Below, in pieces: positions 12,432-26,620 of a stretch of 64,000 bases of DNA (its first letter is position 1; each line of letters opens with the position of its first letter). The stretch spans positions 11,470,001 to 11,534,000 of the forward strand of contig NC_058368.1 of the NCBI RefSeq assembly GCF_018350175.1. The letters run 5' to 3'. Both the position numbers and the translations under genes were made by a program. A model generated the notes under the pieces. The model worked only from the letters and a program-made list of their open reading frames with translations, had not been told where the DNA came from and did no database searches. The stretch is from Felis catus. Lineage: Eukaryota.

Positions 12432-14976
12432 TGATGGCAATTTACTTAAAGAAAAAGTACCTGCAAATTGCTGAGAACTCTTGGGGGGCTATAAGTGGAG
12501 AGACTGCCTTTGTCTTTTTCTTTCTTGCTTTTCTGAAATACTTGAGTTTGCGCACCTGAGCCTCTGTTTTGAAGCGGTTTCCCTCTCGCAAATGAGCAGC
12601 CACCTTCTTGTTGGCTGAAAGAGATTCAATCTGAGGTCCTTTTCAGACGGAACACTTGGCATTTCCCATACAGCAGGAACACTGCTGATTAATGGCAAAA
12701 CAAATCGGCATATGTCTGAGATGGCTGTGACTTGGAAACTGCTGTTCTTTGTCATGACTTTTATAAAACAATATGCTAAGTGAGGAGTGGGCGTATGCAT
12801 GTATTGGGGGAAATTTTTTCCTATGTAGGAACCAGCTATACAATCTGTGCATTGATTCCATTCTGGCCTTTTGGCATACTATTGGAATTTTCAGTGTTGA
12901 TCACAATATTATGCCAGATTTGCACAAAACCGTCCTAGCCAGACTGAGGAGAGAAGTAAGTAACGGATACAGTTTTCTTATTTAAAAGGTCAGGTCTTTA
13001 AAAAGCTAACAATGTACATTCCATTTAAAGTTGATTTCGTCAAATTTGCCTACAATATCATCACCACAAAACTACCCACTCCCACACTGGGTTCACATAA
13101 GTGCCCACATTTATGCCCGTCAGTATAGAATTTTATTCTCTTATACTGGAAATACCAAAGTAACTTCCTACTGCTGTTAAGAGAAAACTTCCTTCTCCTG
13201 AGTTTGGCAGTACAAGTTTGAAAGAGAAAACTATAAAAGCAATTTTTAAGATATATAAAAGTATATTCTTTCTGATACTTCTAGTGGGAGAAACTATAAT
13301 GCTGGCTGTTGTATGTTCTTTTATAGTGGACTTAAAATAGATTGAGACCGAGGGAAATCTATGTCCTTCAAACCAAGGACAACCACCCAAATCGCAATCA
13401 CTTAAAAATATTGAAGATTAAAGAATGATTTCTAAGAGAGCCTCACTGCCAAAGGGGTATAGTCAAATTCTTAGAGTCACTGGAGTCCTTTTTTAGCCAA
13501 AAAAAAAGGCCCAGAAAGGAAACTTGTCTGAGATTAAAATTCCAGAATCCTAAGATTAATAAATTTCATGAAAAGGACACCCCAAAATAAATGTGAAGTT
13601 ATTAGTGTTTGTTATTCCTCAATCCTAGAATAGTCATTTTCTCCATTTTTTCTAGTCTGAATGCTAAATTACATAGATTTCTCCTAGAAAGCACTACCTA
13701 AGTGGTAATATATTTATGGACTCACACAGAAATCATCTAATTCTGTCAAGGAAAAGTTCAGTCTAAGTTCTGAAAGGCTGTCTCTGTTTTCCCCCACGAG
13801 CTGGGTTTCTGCAGGGTGTAATACAGCCGTGATGTTAGAAAAAGAAAAGAAAGGAGATTTTTGTAAGAATTCAGCCCTCCCCTAATAGATTAAGTTTATG
13901 TGCACTAATAACCCAGACCAGTCACCGGCAGTCAGTCTCGTTGGCACCGCCGTAGTTTTTAAAAAGCAGGAAAAAGCAGATATGGATAAGCCTCTGAAAC
14001 TCTGCATTTATGAGCAATTCCTTCAAAGACATGAGATATCTTGTTTCCCTACCATATCTTTAAACACTCCTCTTAATTTCCCTATTAATCCTAGAGTCAG
14101 AATACTAACTGGGTGGCCGGATAGCAACCTGTGATAATGCTCTAATTCATATATATTTCTCTTTTGCCTTGCTTTGTTTTGTTTTGTTTTGTTTTTTAAG
14201 AAAATGACTCACTGAACTGTGTGCGTGTGATGCCTTCTTTTCCTCTTCTGGTCTGTAACCCAGTTGCCTTCCTTCCTCTCATAAAGAACAGTCAGTTCTC
14301 CGGCTGACTCCCCCTGGCCCACATTCAAACCCAGCCTCTTTTTCCATTCTACTTGCTCTGTCTCTCTCCTGCCCCTCATTGATCCCAGTTCTGCCTGACC
14401 TAGAGCCCTTTCATTTCGCTGCTCAGTCTACATTTGACAGCGGGGTGAGAGGAGCCTCTTCCATCCGTTATCTCCAGGGGGTATCCCTAAGAGCACAGCA
14501 TGTATGTAAATGGGTCTTAGAGGATTTCCAGTATGGAAAGACCTGTGAACGGGGCAGGCTCAGTGAACAACTATGGATCACTCATGCACCCTGCAGGTAC
14601 TTCTTGAGCATTTACTCTACTGGTCCCTGGTGATTCTAAATTCCAGTTGCCATAGGTAAAGGAATTCTGTATCAGAGAATTCCCTCTGGATAGGCTTGCT
14701 TTGGAAGGTGAGGGTTGTACAATGCAAAGAGCAAGTCCGATCGCTCTGATTATCTCCTTGATGTCAGGCAAGTCCCTTTCCCACACATGAGTTGTCTATA
14801 AAATGTGAGGGGTCTCTGTATTTAGCATTTATATCCCCCGTAATTACGGGTCAAATGTGGCCATCTACTGAGAACCTCCTTGCAAACTATTGCGGACAAG
14901 AATGAAAAGAAGGTAAAGAATTAGCAGTAGTCCGGAGAATGCCCGAGTCCAGTTGTAGAAACTCACTGTGTTGTAG

Positions 14977-15276
<300 letters not shown>

Positions 15277-16298
15277 TAAAGAAGCCCCTGGTGGAAACGA
15301 GCGGTGATGGTGTACCTGGCATTTGCCTTGTATTCACTGTATCTCAAGTGAGGTCACGTGGGCACTGCTGGGACTTCCTAATGAGGAGTCCAAATTGGCT
15401 CCTGACTCAGAGGGCTCTCGGCTGGTCAGAGCCGTGCAACCGAGTGTGGAACTGAAAAGGGTACTCATGCACAGGGACTCATAAAGCCATTGAGTAACGT
15501 AGAATAACACAGAGTAACATAAAGCCGTGGCGTAACTCAAAAGCCAAAAAGGGGTCTGGGGACATGGTCCGGGTTTTGCACGCTTTGAAGATAAGCAAGA
15601 CTGGCAAGCCTGGGAAATGAGGAGTTCTTTCCATTTCGAGTTTAAAGACAAGAACAAGAAGCTCTTTATAAGTTAAATACCTACTCTTTTTTAAGTGGGT
15701 GGCTTTCAGCCTAGTCACTGATGTTTCTGAGACTAGTGAGCTGTAGTCAGAGAACACGAATGGACAAAAATAGAGAGGAATAGATAAAACACTAATGCAG
15801 CATCTAGAATAAATAACAAGTGATAAAGGCTACAGATTGGCTTCTGGAAAAGAAAGTCAGAATCCTAAAATCTCTCTTCTGAATGTGGACAAGAACGAAA
15901 CAGGTTTGGATACGGCTGGACAGAGACCTTCTGTTATGGTGAGCAGTATCTGGTCTTTGAAGGGCAAGCTGATGGTGATAATACCCACAGAAGAATCTGA
16001 CCTTTCACTTGTGTTTATTATCTTCCCTTTCCTCGTCCCTCTCGGTCCCTCTCACCCTGCGTTTCTCTTCTTGAATTTTCCCTTTGTCCCTTCTCCCTCT
16101 CCTCCTGGGTATTCATGCATGTACAGCCATTAATACTCTCCCCCACAAAGGAAAAGTTAAAAGATTCAAAATGTTTGTTATAATGGTTCATAATGGAAAA
16201 TGAAAAGGATGGAAAGTGCCAAAGCATGGCAAGTAGTGTTTATGTGTCTGGGGAATGGCCACTGGGAGGGACAGTTGCTGGAGGCTCCAAGAGGTCAG

Positions 16299-16552
16299 GG
16301 GGAGCCTAGGTGTCTCAGTCGGTTAAGCATCTGGCTCTCGATTTCGGGTCAGGTCATGATCTCATGTTTCATGAGATGGAGCCCCGCATTGGGCTCTGTG
16401 CTGACAGCATGGAGCCTGCTTGGGATTCTCTCTCTCTCTCTCTCTCTCTCTCTGCCCCTCATCCCTCATGCACACGTGCACTCTCTCTGGCTCTCTTGCT
16501 CACTCGCTCTCTCTCAATAAATAAATGTGTAGAAAACTTAAAAAAAAAAAAA
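16299..16552 (+). mobile_element. Can-SINE
   Basis: Head ggggagcctaggtgtctcagtcggttaagc, (CT)n, poly-A; degenerate TSD ending gaggtcag. Confidence 0.93.
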
Positions 16553-16721
16553 GGAGGTCAGAAAGGGAGAAATCATAGAAATTCTAGAGAGGAAAGGTCT
16601 CTTTCCTCCAAGCAGAAGAGAACGTTGAAGGGCTGTGAAGGAGAGCTGAGTCCCTACAGCAACCTCAAAGGGAGGAGGGGACAGAACAGCTGACAGGGTT
16701 AGCATTTACACAGCCCGGTGA

Positions 16722-17009
<288 letters not shown>

Positions 17010-18088
17010 TAGCTTCCGGTTTCAGAAGGGGTGCTTGTTTCATTCTGGGTTTGCATTATTTTCTCCTCCAGATACCCCCTAGTTGCCTGTGACATCCGCC
17101 TTTCTTCTGTTTAACCGTAATCTGCTCAACCTTCTTAAACTGGTATCGCAAAGGCCTTGCCCCCAAATGATTGAGTCCACACACTGTCCTGTTCGCTTTT
17201 GCCATGCTGGCTTGTCTTGATGTCGTGATCCCAGGCAACCGTGACATGATGTCAGAACCAGCGAGTGTTATCATCTGCCGAGCCTATCCTGCACTCCTCT
17301 TAGACCCCTTCTGTACCTCTCTTTTTTCTTTACTGTTCATGTTTATCTTTTTCTTGTGTTTTATCTCTTTCCCGGCATGAATTCCTTAAACATGTCAGCC
17401 ATAGCTATGAACACTTGCTTCTCCTCATAGATGCTTCCGGACACATGAACAGTCATAGTTTGCGTCTCCTGGGTGAGCCACAGCCTGGCGAGTCCAGATG
17501 GTGTCTTTGTGCAAATTGGAAACGGATGTCCCTTCCTCCAGAGCATTGCAGCACAGGGTGTGGCCAGCAGAGGGCAGGCTGGATCTCTATCCCTCCACCA
17601 GGCACTTGTGGCATCTTGCACACAACTCAACGTAGCAGCCTCTGTGTGGACACCTTCAGATTTCAGCTATTATCCCCAAACACACTTACAACATCTGAAC
17701 CAAAGAGGTGGAGGGAACTTGACTTCTGATGGGTGATCGAAGGTTTATTTTTATGCCTGCCTGTCTGTTGGTGTGCAAATACCTGTCGGTTCCTCTGTGC
17801 ATCTTGCTCTGAACTTTTGCTCTCTAAATCTCATCAAACAATTGGTGGAGGTGGGAGGGGCATCAATAGAAGAGAAAGATGGCCTGTTTTGAAGCAACCC
17901 CGAAGGTCTGCTGTCATCGCTGGAATTAACTAGCCCTGTGTGCTGTATTTGAGGCTGATCCTGTCTGGGAAAGTGGCATGGCTGGAAGTAATGCTTAGCC
18001 ATGAAGATGAGGCTATGGGTGAAGATTTGTATGGTTACATACAGTGTAGGAGAAAACTAGTTTTAAAAAGCCAGTATGTATGGTAGGA

Positions 18089-18303
18089 TTTTTTTAAATT
18101 TGTTTAAGCTTTATTTCTGAGAGAGACAGACAGAGCATGAGTGGTGGAGGAACAGAGAGAGAGGGAGACACAGAATCCGAAGCAGGCTCCAGGCTCTGAG
18201 CTGTCAGCACAGAGCCTGTCACGGGGCTTGAACTCACGAACCATGAGGTCATGACCTGTGCCCTACTTGGACATTTAACTGACTGAGCCCCCCAGGTGCC
18301 CCC
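18089..18303 (-). mobile_element. Can-SINE, antisense to FRY
   Basis: Reverse-complement head (gactgagccccccaggtgcccc), (GA)n and T-rich tail. Confidence 0.93.
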
Positions 18304-18786
18304 CCTTTTTTATTTTTTTTAAGCTTTATTTCTGAGGGGGGGGTACTATTTTTTTAATGTCTAGAAAATAGTGAAGAACACTAGTTTACTCAGGGTGATG
18401 AGATTATGGGTGTATTTCTCCCTGCTTCTTTTTACTTTCTTTAGAACTCCAACTTTCCACTAATGAAAATGCCTTTCTTTTAGCATTTTTTCTAAACTTG
18501 TATTTGCTCACTCACAAAGCAGAATTGCCACTAATAATGCAGGGGAAATGTGAAAAGGGACTTATGTAGTAGTTCCAACTTTCAGTAGACGTAATGGGCG
18601 AGTGACCAGCCAGACAAGGTAGAACCCTCTTACACTGTCTTATAGGTTGAGTTCTACAGAGTAGATCATGAAAGAGGGACAGTCACTTGGCTGGACTGAG
18701 GGATGGGCCGACTAATCACCTTCAGGAAGAGCCATCGCAGAAGGGGAAGGCAGGAAAATAAGGAATTCTATTAAAAGTGCAAAATG

Positions 18787-19325
18787 AACCACATCTTCTT
18801 TATCCATGTGGTTTATACATACAATGGAATACTACTTGGCACTGAGAAAGAATGAAATCCTGCCATTTGCAGCAACGTGGATGGAACTGGAAGGTATGAC
18901 GCTGAGTGAAATAAGTCAGAGAAGGACAGATACCATGTGTTTTCACTCCTATGTGGATCTTGAGAAACTTAACAGAAGACCATGGCGGGGGGGGGGGGGG
19001 GGGGGAAGGGAAGGGGAAAAAATAGTTACAAAAAGAGAGGGAGGGAGGAAAACCATAAGAGACTCTTAAACACAGAGAATAAATAAATAAATAAAATTTA
19101 AAAAAAGAGAACAAACTGAGGGTTGATGGGGGAGAGGAGAAGAATGGGTGCTGGGCATTGAGGAGGGCACTTGTTGGGATGAGCACTGGGTGCGGTATGT
19201 AAGCGAGGAACCATGGGAATCCATCCCAAAAACCCAGAGCACACTTTACACACCGTATGTTAGACAATTTGACAAGAAATTATATTTAAAAAATAAAATT
19301 AAATTAACTTAAAAATAAATTTTAA
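18787..19325 (+). mobile_element. 5'-truncated L1 (end of ORF2 plus 3' UTR) with a 20-bp inverted 5' tip
   Basis: Collinear with the L1 3' end at 56410-56790 (EILPFAATWMELE, G-rich tract, poly-A). Confidence 0.92.
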
Positions 19326-22123
19326 AAACAAAGGACCATCTGCCTCAAAGATTTCAAGTTCAGGAAGCCACTATGTAATTAGTATAAAAAGTAAAGTCTG
19401 TTTTTGAGCCTGGTGGCCCTTCTTATGACCCATTTTTGGAGGATTACGTACCAATCGTACTAACAGCTACACTTTCTCATTTTGAGTGTTGTTGTGCTGC
19501 TCTCTCCCCAGTTTTCAGTTTCCTTTTAGTGAAATCTTTTAGAAAGCTGCCTGGACAAAACGAGGGCTGTGTCTGAGATTAACCGGGAGCTGGAGGGGCT
19601 GTTAGGCTTAAGACAGAAAAGACAGGCTGCCTGAGAGAGAGGAGTTCCAGAAACACTCTAACACTGAGCTGATTGAAATTCTAACACAAACTATGAGAAA
19701 GTTACCATTCGAGGTCAATTTACTTGTTAAGGATTTAGAAGCAAAGTAGTTTATTTTTTATATCGTGCTAAAGTCTGTTTTAAGATAATGGTTACTGGGT
19801 AATCATTTATGTTTGGCTGTTGTAGTCATTTTTTCTCATTATAGTCACTAGCTATTTGTGCCCCATTTCCTAGTCACGAACAATACTTTCCCGCTGCCCA
19901 GCAAGGCCATTTCCTCTTGGCCCTCTACTGTGCTCTCAGTTACATGCAGACCCCTGATTGGAGCTCGCTTCAGCAAATGAAGCCTTCCCTTCCTTCCTTC
20001 TCCCTCCCCATCACCTGGGGTCCCGAGCACATCGTGGTTACATCTGTCACGCTTGTCACATTCTATCAGAAGTCCTTATTGTCTGTCTCCCACAGAGTGG
20101 GTGAGTAACGGTGTCTGATTTTGATTTCCCAGCAGCTGGCACCATTACTAACACACAATAGGTGCTCAGTAAATGTAAGAAGCATGAATAGGAATCTTTT
20201 TTTAGTGGAAATCTTAAACGGATGGTTTCTGATTTCATGCCAGTAGACCCGAAGGTTGAAACACGAGCTGGGAGGTGGGGTGGACCCTTGGCTTGAGGGG
20301 CACTTTGAGGTTTGGACTTTATTTTCCCATCCATGCATTAGGTAAATCCCTATGGACCTTATCTGCAATAATAGTCATACAAACGTGTACCTCTTTTTTG
20401 AGTTTTTGATATACATTTAGCCTTAAGAACTTTCTCAACTATCATCAAATGCTATGTGATTGAGAACAATACTAATAACACAACAGGTATTAAATAAAAT
20501 ATGCTGGGAATGAAATACATTTTGGACATGCCGTCTACGAAGCTGTTGGCCAGTCCTCACCATGTCTGTTCACTCTTTTCCAGCACTTTCCTATGAGTCT
20601 GAAGGCCACATTTCCCTGTATTTAGTTGGATTTGGGAGGGGATAGAGAGGAGGTAATTGCCAAAATAATTTGGTTTTAAAAACAAGGAATTGATTCCTAA
20701 TGGTCCAGCGTGGACATCTTCCCAAGTGTCTCAGTCACTATACATCCTTCCTGCCGCTCCTGTGTTAATGTCGTCATTGTGTCACACAGTGCCACCAAAT
20801 TATACAATGTGTTTATATGGAAGTTAGGTGAGGACACGACTGTCTATCCCCTAAATACCACCTGCCTTTATAAGAGGCTCTAAAGCTCCCTGACAGGTTC
20901 ACAGACCTCACCTTATCCTTAGGTAAAATGGAAAGAACCCCAAACTCTTTGGGGACCTGAGTCCTACTCCCGGCTCTGCCATTCAACTAGATGTGTGATG
21001 CTACACGTGGCACTTGTCCTTCGTCTCTGCTCTGACGTTCAGTCGGGTTTTTTGGTTTTTCTAACTGCACATAAAACTAAGTCAAATATGTATGCTACAC
21101 ATTATACCAAGGTTCTCATATATGTTAAATAAAAAATAATGAACATGCAGCATGGTTGGCACTTTTCTAATGTAAATCATAAAGAACCAGCCTGCTGTTG
21201 TTGTAGGGACATTCTACTTTGCTCACAACAGGGCAGAGAGGATTTCTCCCGGACTAGATTCCACAACTCAAAAGGCATGACATCTCTTTGAGTTTGAAAG
21301 CCAGTGCCTAGGACTGAAGTTATTTTTTGGTTCAACATTGTGTTCTTTTTGTTAAAGATACTGTGTGTTGGAAGTTTGGGGGCTAAACAATGTTCCCATT
21401 TTGCCACCGACACAGGCACAGTGAATCAGATTCTTCCTGGTTCCAGTTGTGCCTCAGGCTGTACAGGAGGACCTACCTCCTAGGAAGCATCATAGATTTG
21501 TGGAAGGAATGTGAGCGCTGGGGTCAGGCTCACCCTTCCTCTGTCACTTACTGGCTGCATGACCTTAGGCAAGTCGTGTCTTAACCTGGACTTCCTCGCC
21601 TGATCGTGAGGGTTAATGAGCCAGTGTATGCAACCCTGTAAGACACGGTTATGGACATCTTGCCAGACACACCCTCAGAGGGAGATACTATTCCGGACCC
21701 ATGTAGCATTTACTTTCATTTGCCAGAGGTTCAAATGGCACTGTTTTGGTGCTCTCTCTCAAGAAGCTGTGATCTCGGGGAACAGGAAAGGGTTACATCG
21801 CACGGCCCTTTCTGTCTTGCGCACGTTGACGTAACCTCAGGAACTTCTCGCTGATCTGACAGACAAGCGAGGTGGACTCAAACTGCTGACCAGCTCTGAC
21901 CATCAGCAAAAAGAAAAGCGCAATTTATTTAAAAGATTATGTAAACATCACCCTCTCGGAAACACTTTAAGAAGAAACTTTGCCCACACTGGGTGATCAC
22001 CTACTTGACTTGAGACCAACACTCACTCTACTCCCCATCTCCCCCGCCTCTACCTGAGGACCTATGCTCATTTGACGTTTTCATAAAGATTTAAAAGTAG
22101 TTTCTTGCTGGTATATAAGTTAA

Positions 22124-22363
<240 letters not shown>

Positions 22364-23422
22364 TGACACATACAGGAGGCGTGCTAGTGTTGTGGTTTGT
22401 TTGAAAGACACTCAGTGTTTGTGAGCAGCACCATGTTGTGACACGACCCCCAAAGGCCGGAGTCTGCATGGTAATGACTCTACATTGCCAGCCAAGGCCA
22501 AGTCATTTCAGGGAATTGGGAGAAAAATCCACGTTGGTGCTCCCTCCATGTCCTTGGCACCTGTCTCCAGTATCTCTGGATTTGACCGCTGTGAACGTGA
22601 TGAGCTAACCCCCAGAGCTGACCTAGCCCATCCCCACAATGCCAAGTTGTCCAGCCAGATGGGTCTCCAGAGGCAACATGTCCTCATTTTCCTTACTCCC
22701 AAGTGTCAAGTGGAGAGAGATTGCCCCCTGGAGGGATTCATCCAGCCCAAACTGCAAGTGATGAAGTTGAGGGTTAAGTAAAGCATCCTCTGGCTGACTG
22801 CTAAATCATGACTTTACATATAAGTCTAAGCCTGCACGAGTGGTGAGCTCTTTGGGGTGTGTGTCACCTTTCTGTATATCCTCCATGCATCTCACACTGA
22901 TGTCTTATATGCTGAGTAATGAACTAATAAGGTTTAGAACCAATGAGGATGTGCTTTGATTTCAAAAGTCTCTGAAGAATTAGTCTCTCCAAGGACTCGG
23001 TGGTCGGAATACAATAGGAGAAATCATTCTATCTTAAATGATTTAAAGCAAAGATTAACTATAAAATCAGTTCAAAAGTCTATTTGGAGATGTGTCTTCC
23101 CACTACTTGGAGTATTACTGGATGAAGATATCAGAGTTTGTGCATCAAATGAGTACATCTTAATGTGGGCTCCTACAGAATACGTGGTAAGGCTTGAGTG
23201 TCTATACTGATATGGAGAAAACCGGATATTTTTGTAGGAGATTTGCATTAGCGAGCCAGTATTCAATTATAATTGCAGCTGATAGTGAAACAGAATTTAC
23301 ACGTTGCACAGCTTACTAAAGATGGACCCACTGGTCCCTACTTTACATTATTTCTAAATATATTTCTCTTTTGTATTTGACACAGCCATACCTGTGTCTA
23401 GTTATCTCTCTAGTTGTGTTAA

Positions 23423-23590
<168 letters not shown>

Positions 23591-24149
23591 TGAACCCACT
23601 TATGGGCCCTGGGAAGGTGTTGTGATTAATATAGGATAGGATCTTTGGGAGAAGAAAACGTCATCCATTCCTCTGTTAGCAAGACTACAATTCCAATTTA
23701 ATACTGGTAGAACTGTTAACAGTATGTGTTATGCAAAAATGATACTACAAAAGAGAAATTATCAGCTTTCATTTTAGCTCCATAATTTCCCTACTTGGAA
23801 ACGGAAACATGGGTATCTGCTCGATGTCTCCTTGTCAATGTGATTAACTTTTCTCAGAGATGTAAAATTGTTAATTACTTCTTCCCAGTGTTTGCCTCTC
23901 CTGAAACTCACTGGGGTAGATCTCTGCTCTCCCCTCCTCTTAACTGCTCTTGGTAGCTGTCTCTCCCTGATTCCATTGCTTCTCTTGGCCTCGACTCCAG
24001 CTCTTTACTCTTTCCTTCACTGATCTAGACCGTAAAATGTTAGGAACAGAAGTGATCCAGAAACCTCCATCAGACATGCGGACCCCCTGATTTCTGACAA
24101 GCAATTGTGTGTAATGACTGTGGGACGCTTCTTATAATATGCCAGGCAC

Positions 24150-24605
24150 AACAGGAAAGGCATGGATTTTGAAATCAGATGGACGTGGGTTCAAATCACA
24201 GATCAGCTACTTAAGGGTTAGTGACCTGGGATAAATTACTTACCTCCTCATCTCAGATTCATCATCTGTAAAACAGTGATAACAATTGATATGCAGAATT
24301 GTTGTAAGGGTATAACAATCGTAATAGTTGTAGCACCTGTCATCTCCTGAGTCCCTTCTATGTGTCCAACTACCTGATAAGAGTTAAATTTCTTAAATTA
24401 AATCATGTAATACTCATAACTACCCTGGGAGTTGCTATGATTATCCTCAGTAGCTCAGAGGTAGAAAATCAGTTTTGAAATCCAGGTCTGTGGGATTCCA
24501 AAGTCCATGCCCTCAAACACAACACAATGTTTATTGCCTTTTAAATAGAAATAATGTATGTAAACTGCCTAGCACAGTGCCTCATACATAGAAGATATTC
24601 ATCAC
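24150..24605. mobile_element. MIR relics (a + strand MIR apparently interrupted by an opposite-strand MIR)
   Basis: gggttcaaatc...gtgacctgggataaattacttacctc..tcagattcatcatctgtaaaa; resumes aataatgtatgtaaactgcctagcacagtgcc. Confidence 0.6.
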
Positions 24606-25405
24606 AAAGTTACTTGTTTTATGTTTGTTGCTCTTGTTATTAATCTTTTCATGATCTGTCCAAGGGCAAGAGTTCTAACGCTCTGCAATAACAATTCCCA
24701 TTGTCTTTTACTCCTGTGGCTCCTTAATGGTCATTGTTTCCCATTTTCTCCATCATCAGTTAATAAAAGTAATCCTTCCATCCTTCTTGGTGAACAAACC
24801 AATCTTTTGATGTCAGATGCAAGTTTCAGTTCTTCAGTCCTTATTGTTTTGTGTCCAGAGGTTCCTTCTCACATCTGTATTGGTTACCATCCCAGGTACT
24901 TAAGGCTGGTAGCATCTCTAAATAGCTGAGCTATTATTATAATCGCCTTCCTTACATTAAAGCAGACCTGCCCCCAGAGAAGCCACCCAACGTAACAGAG
25001 AGGTAGAGGGGTCATCAGTTGGGTTTCATGGTCCAGTACCACCCATCCTGTGAGGAAGTATTGGTTTTTATCTCCAAATCTCAATTGTATGAAAGGTTTC
25101 TAACTGTATATGATTTTTTCAAAATGATACACAAACTAGGAGTGGTCCGATGAAACCATTCTCCAGGAACGATGTACCACAATGTTCAAATTATATTTTT
25201 AAGTGAGCTCACTGAACCCATATGAACAGATATTTTAATCTCAAATAGTTCATCTTCAACCAGAAAAAAATACTTTCAAAAAGTTATTGCAGCAAAATTT
25301 TATTTTACCATGATTAGAAGCTTAGTTGATTTTCCCTGTTGGGAGTGATGACAAAAATGTTTTCAGGGCATCACTGATTTTACCTCTGTCTGCATCTCTT
25401 TCTAA

Positions 25406-25510
<105 letters not shown>

Positions 25511-26000
25511 TAGAATTTATCTTTTCCATGCTCTGACACCCTGCGTTGATCTTGACCCACCCAAGAAGCGTAGAGCACAAGAAAGGAAGATGCACAATGG
25601 GGTCATCCCATACATTCACAAGAAGCCAGTAGCGTAAGACACAATGATGTTCAAGCCAAGCATGACTGTGTGTTGATGAGATTTGTGGGGGGAGTCTTCT
25701 TTTTGGAAAAGCAGAGGTATAAAAGTGATCTTTTTGCTGGACATCATTTAACTATACTAATCATTTCCTAATAAATCTGTTCTTCATTTAGAATATAAAA
25801 CAAAATTTCATTCGTTCTTCACTGAATCGCTCAGTTTCTTCAGGGAAGGAAGTCTTTGTTGACCTTTCAGCCATCACTCTAAAACAGATGGTTTTTTCTC
25901 ATTTAGAGTTGCTTTAAGTAACACACCTCACACCAGCTGGCTTGTAAATGTATGCTGTATTGTCAAAGAAATGGGGCGGAAGATTATGAATGGATTAAAA

Positions 26001-26620
26001 TCATTCATTCTGCAGTTATGTACTAAGTGCCTCCTATGGGGTCCATATGGTGGATACAATAATGAACAACAGACAAGCCTGTGCCCTTGTGGAGCCTCCG
26101 ATCTTGTCAGGGAGACAGACATGAATCAAAAACTCATCTAGGTGCAAACGGCAATAACTGCTATTAAGGAAAGAACTGTAAGCTATGGAAAGGAATCTGA
26201 TCAAATGGGGAGAGTAGTTCTGAGAAGACTTCTCTATGAAAGTGTCATCTAAGTGAAGATCTCAAATATGAGCTAGAGATAGTCAAGTAAAGGGGAATGT
26301 GTAGAGAGCCTGTGCAAAGGCCCTGAGGCAGGAAGGGACCTGGCCCTTTGCAAGAACTGAAGAGAGTCTGGCTACAAGAGCAGAAAGCGACTTGGGGAAA
26401 AGTTTGGGAAGAGTCTGGAGAAGCTGGCAGAAGCCAGACTGTGCAGGGCTTGGGTGTTTATCTTAACAGCAATGGCCTGCAATTGAAATGTGGTTATGAG
26501 TAGATTCAGGCTCTCACACTCTACTGTGGAAACAGACTGACGTGCTCAAGAGTGGATTAGGGAAGTCAAGTGAGGAGGCTACCTTCCAGTCAGGCAGAGG
26601 TGCTACCCTAGAATGACATC
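26001..26620 (-). mobile_element. L2 LINE fragment
   Basis: tcattcattc terminus, cctgtgcccttgtggagc, agcctgtgcaaaggccctgaggcagga typical of L2. Confidence 0.7.

Noticed and set aside
17050..18002. Cluster of overlapping 60-100 aa ORFs and pyrimidine-rich acceptor-like sites
   Set aside because: The candidate acceptor near 17071 runs into a stop within 7 codons with no good donor; the flanking FRY exons already join in frame.
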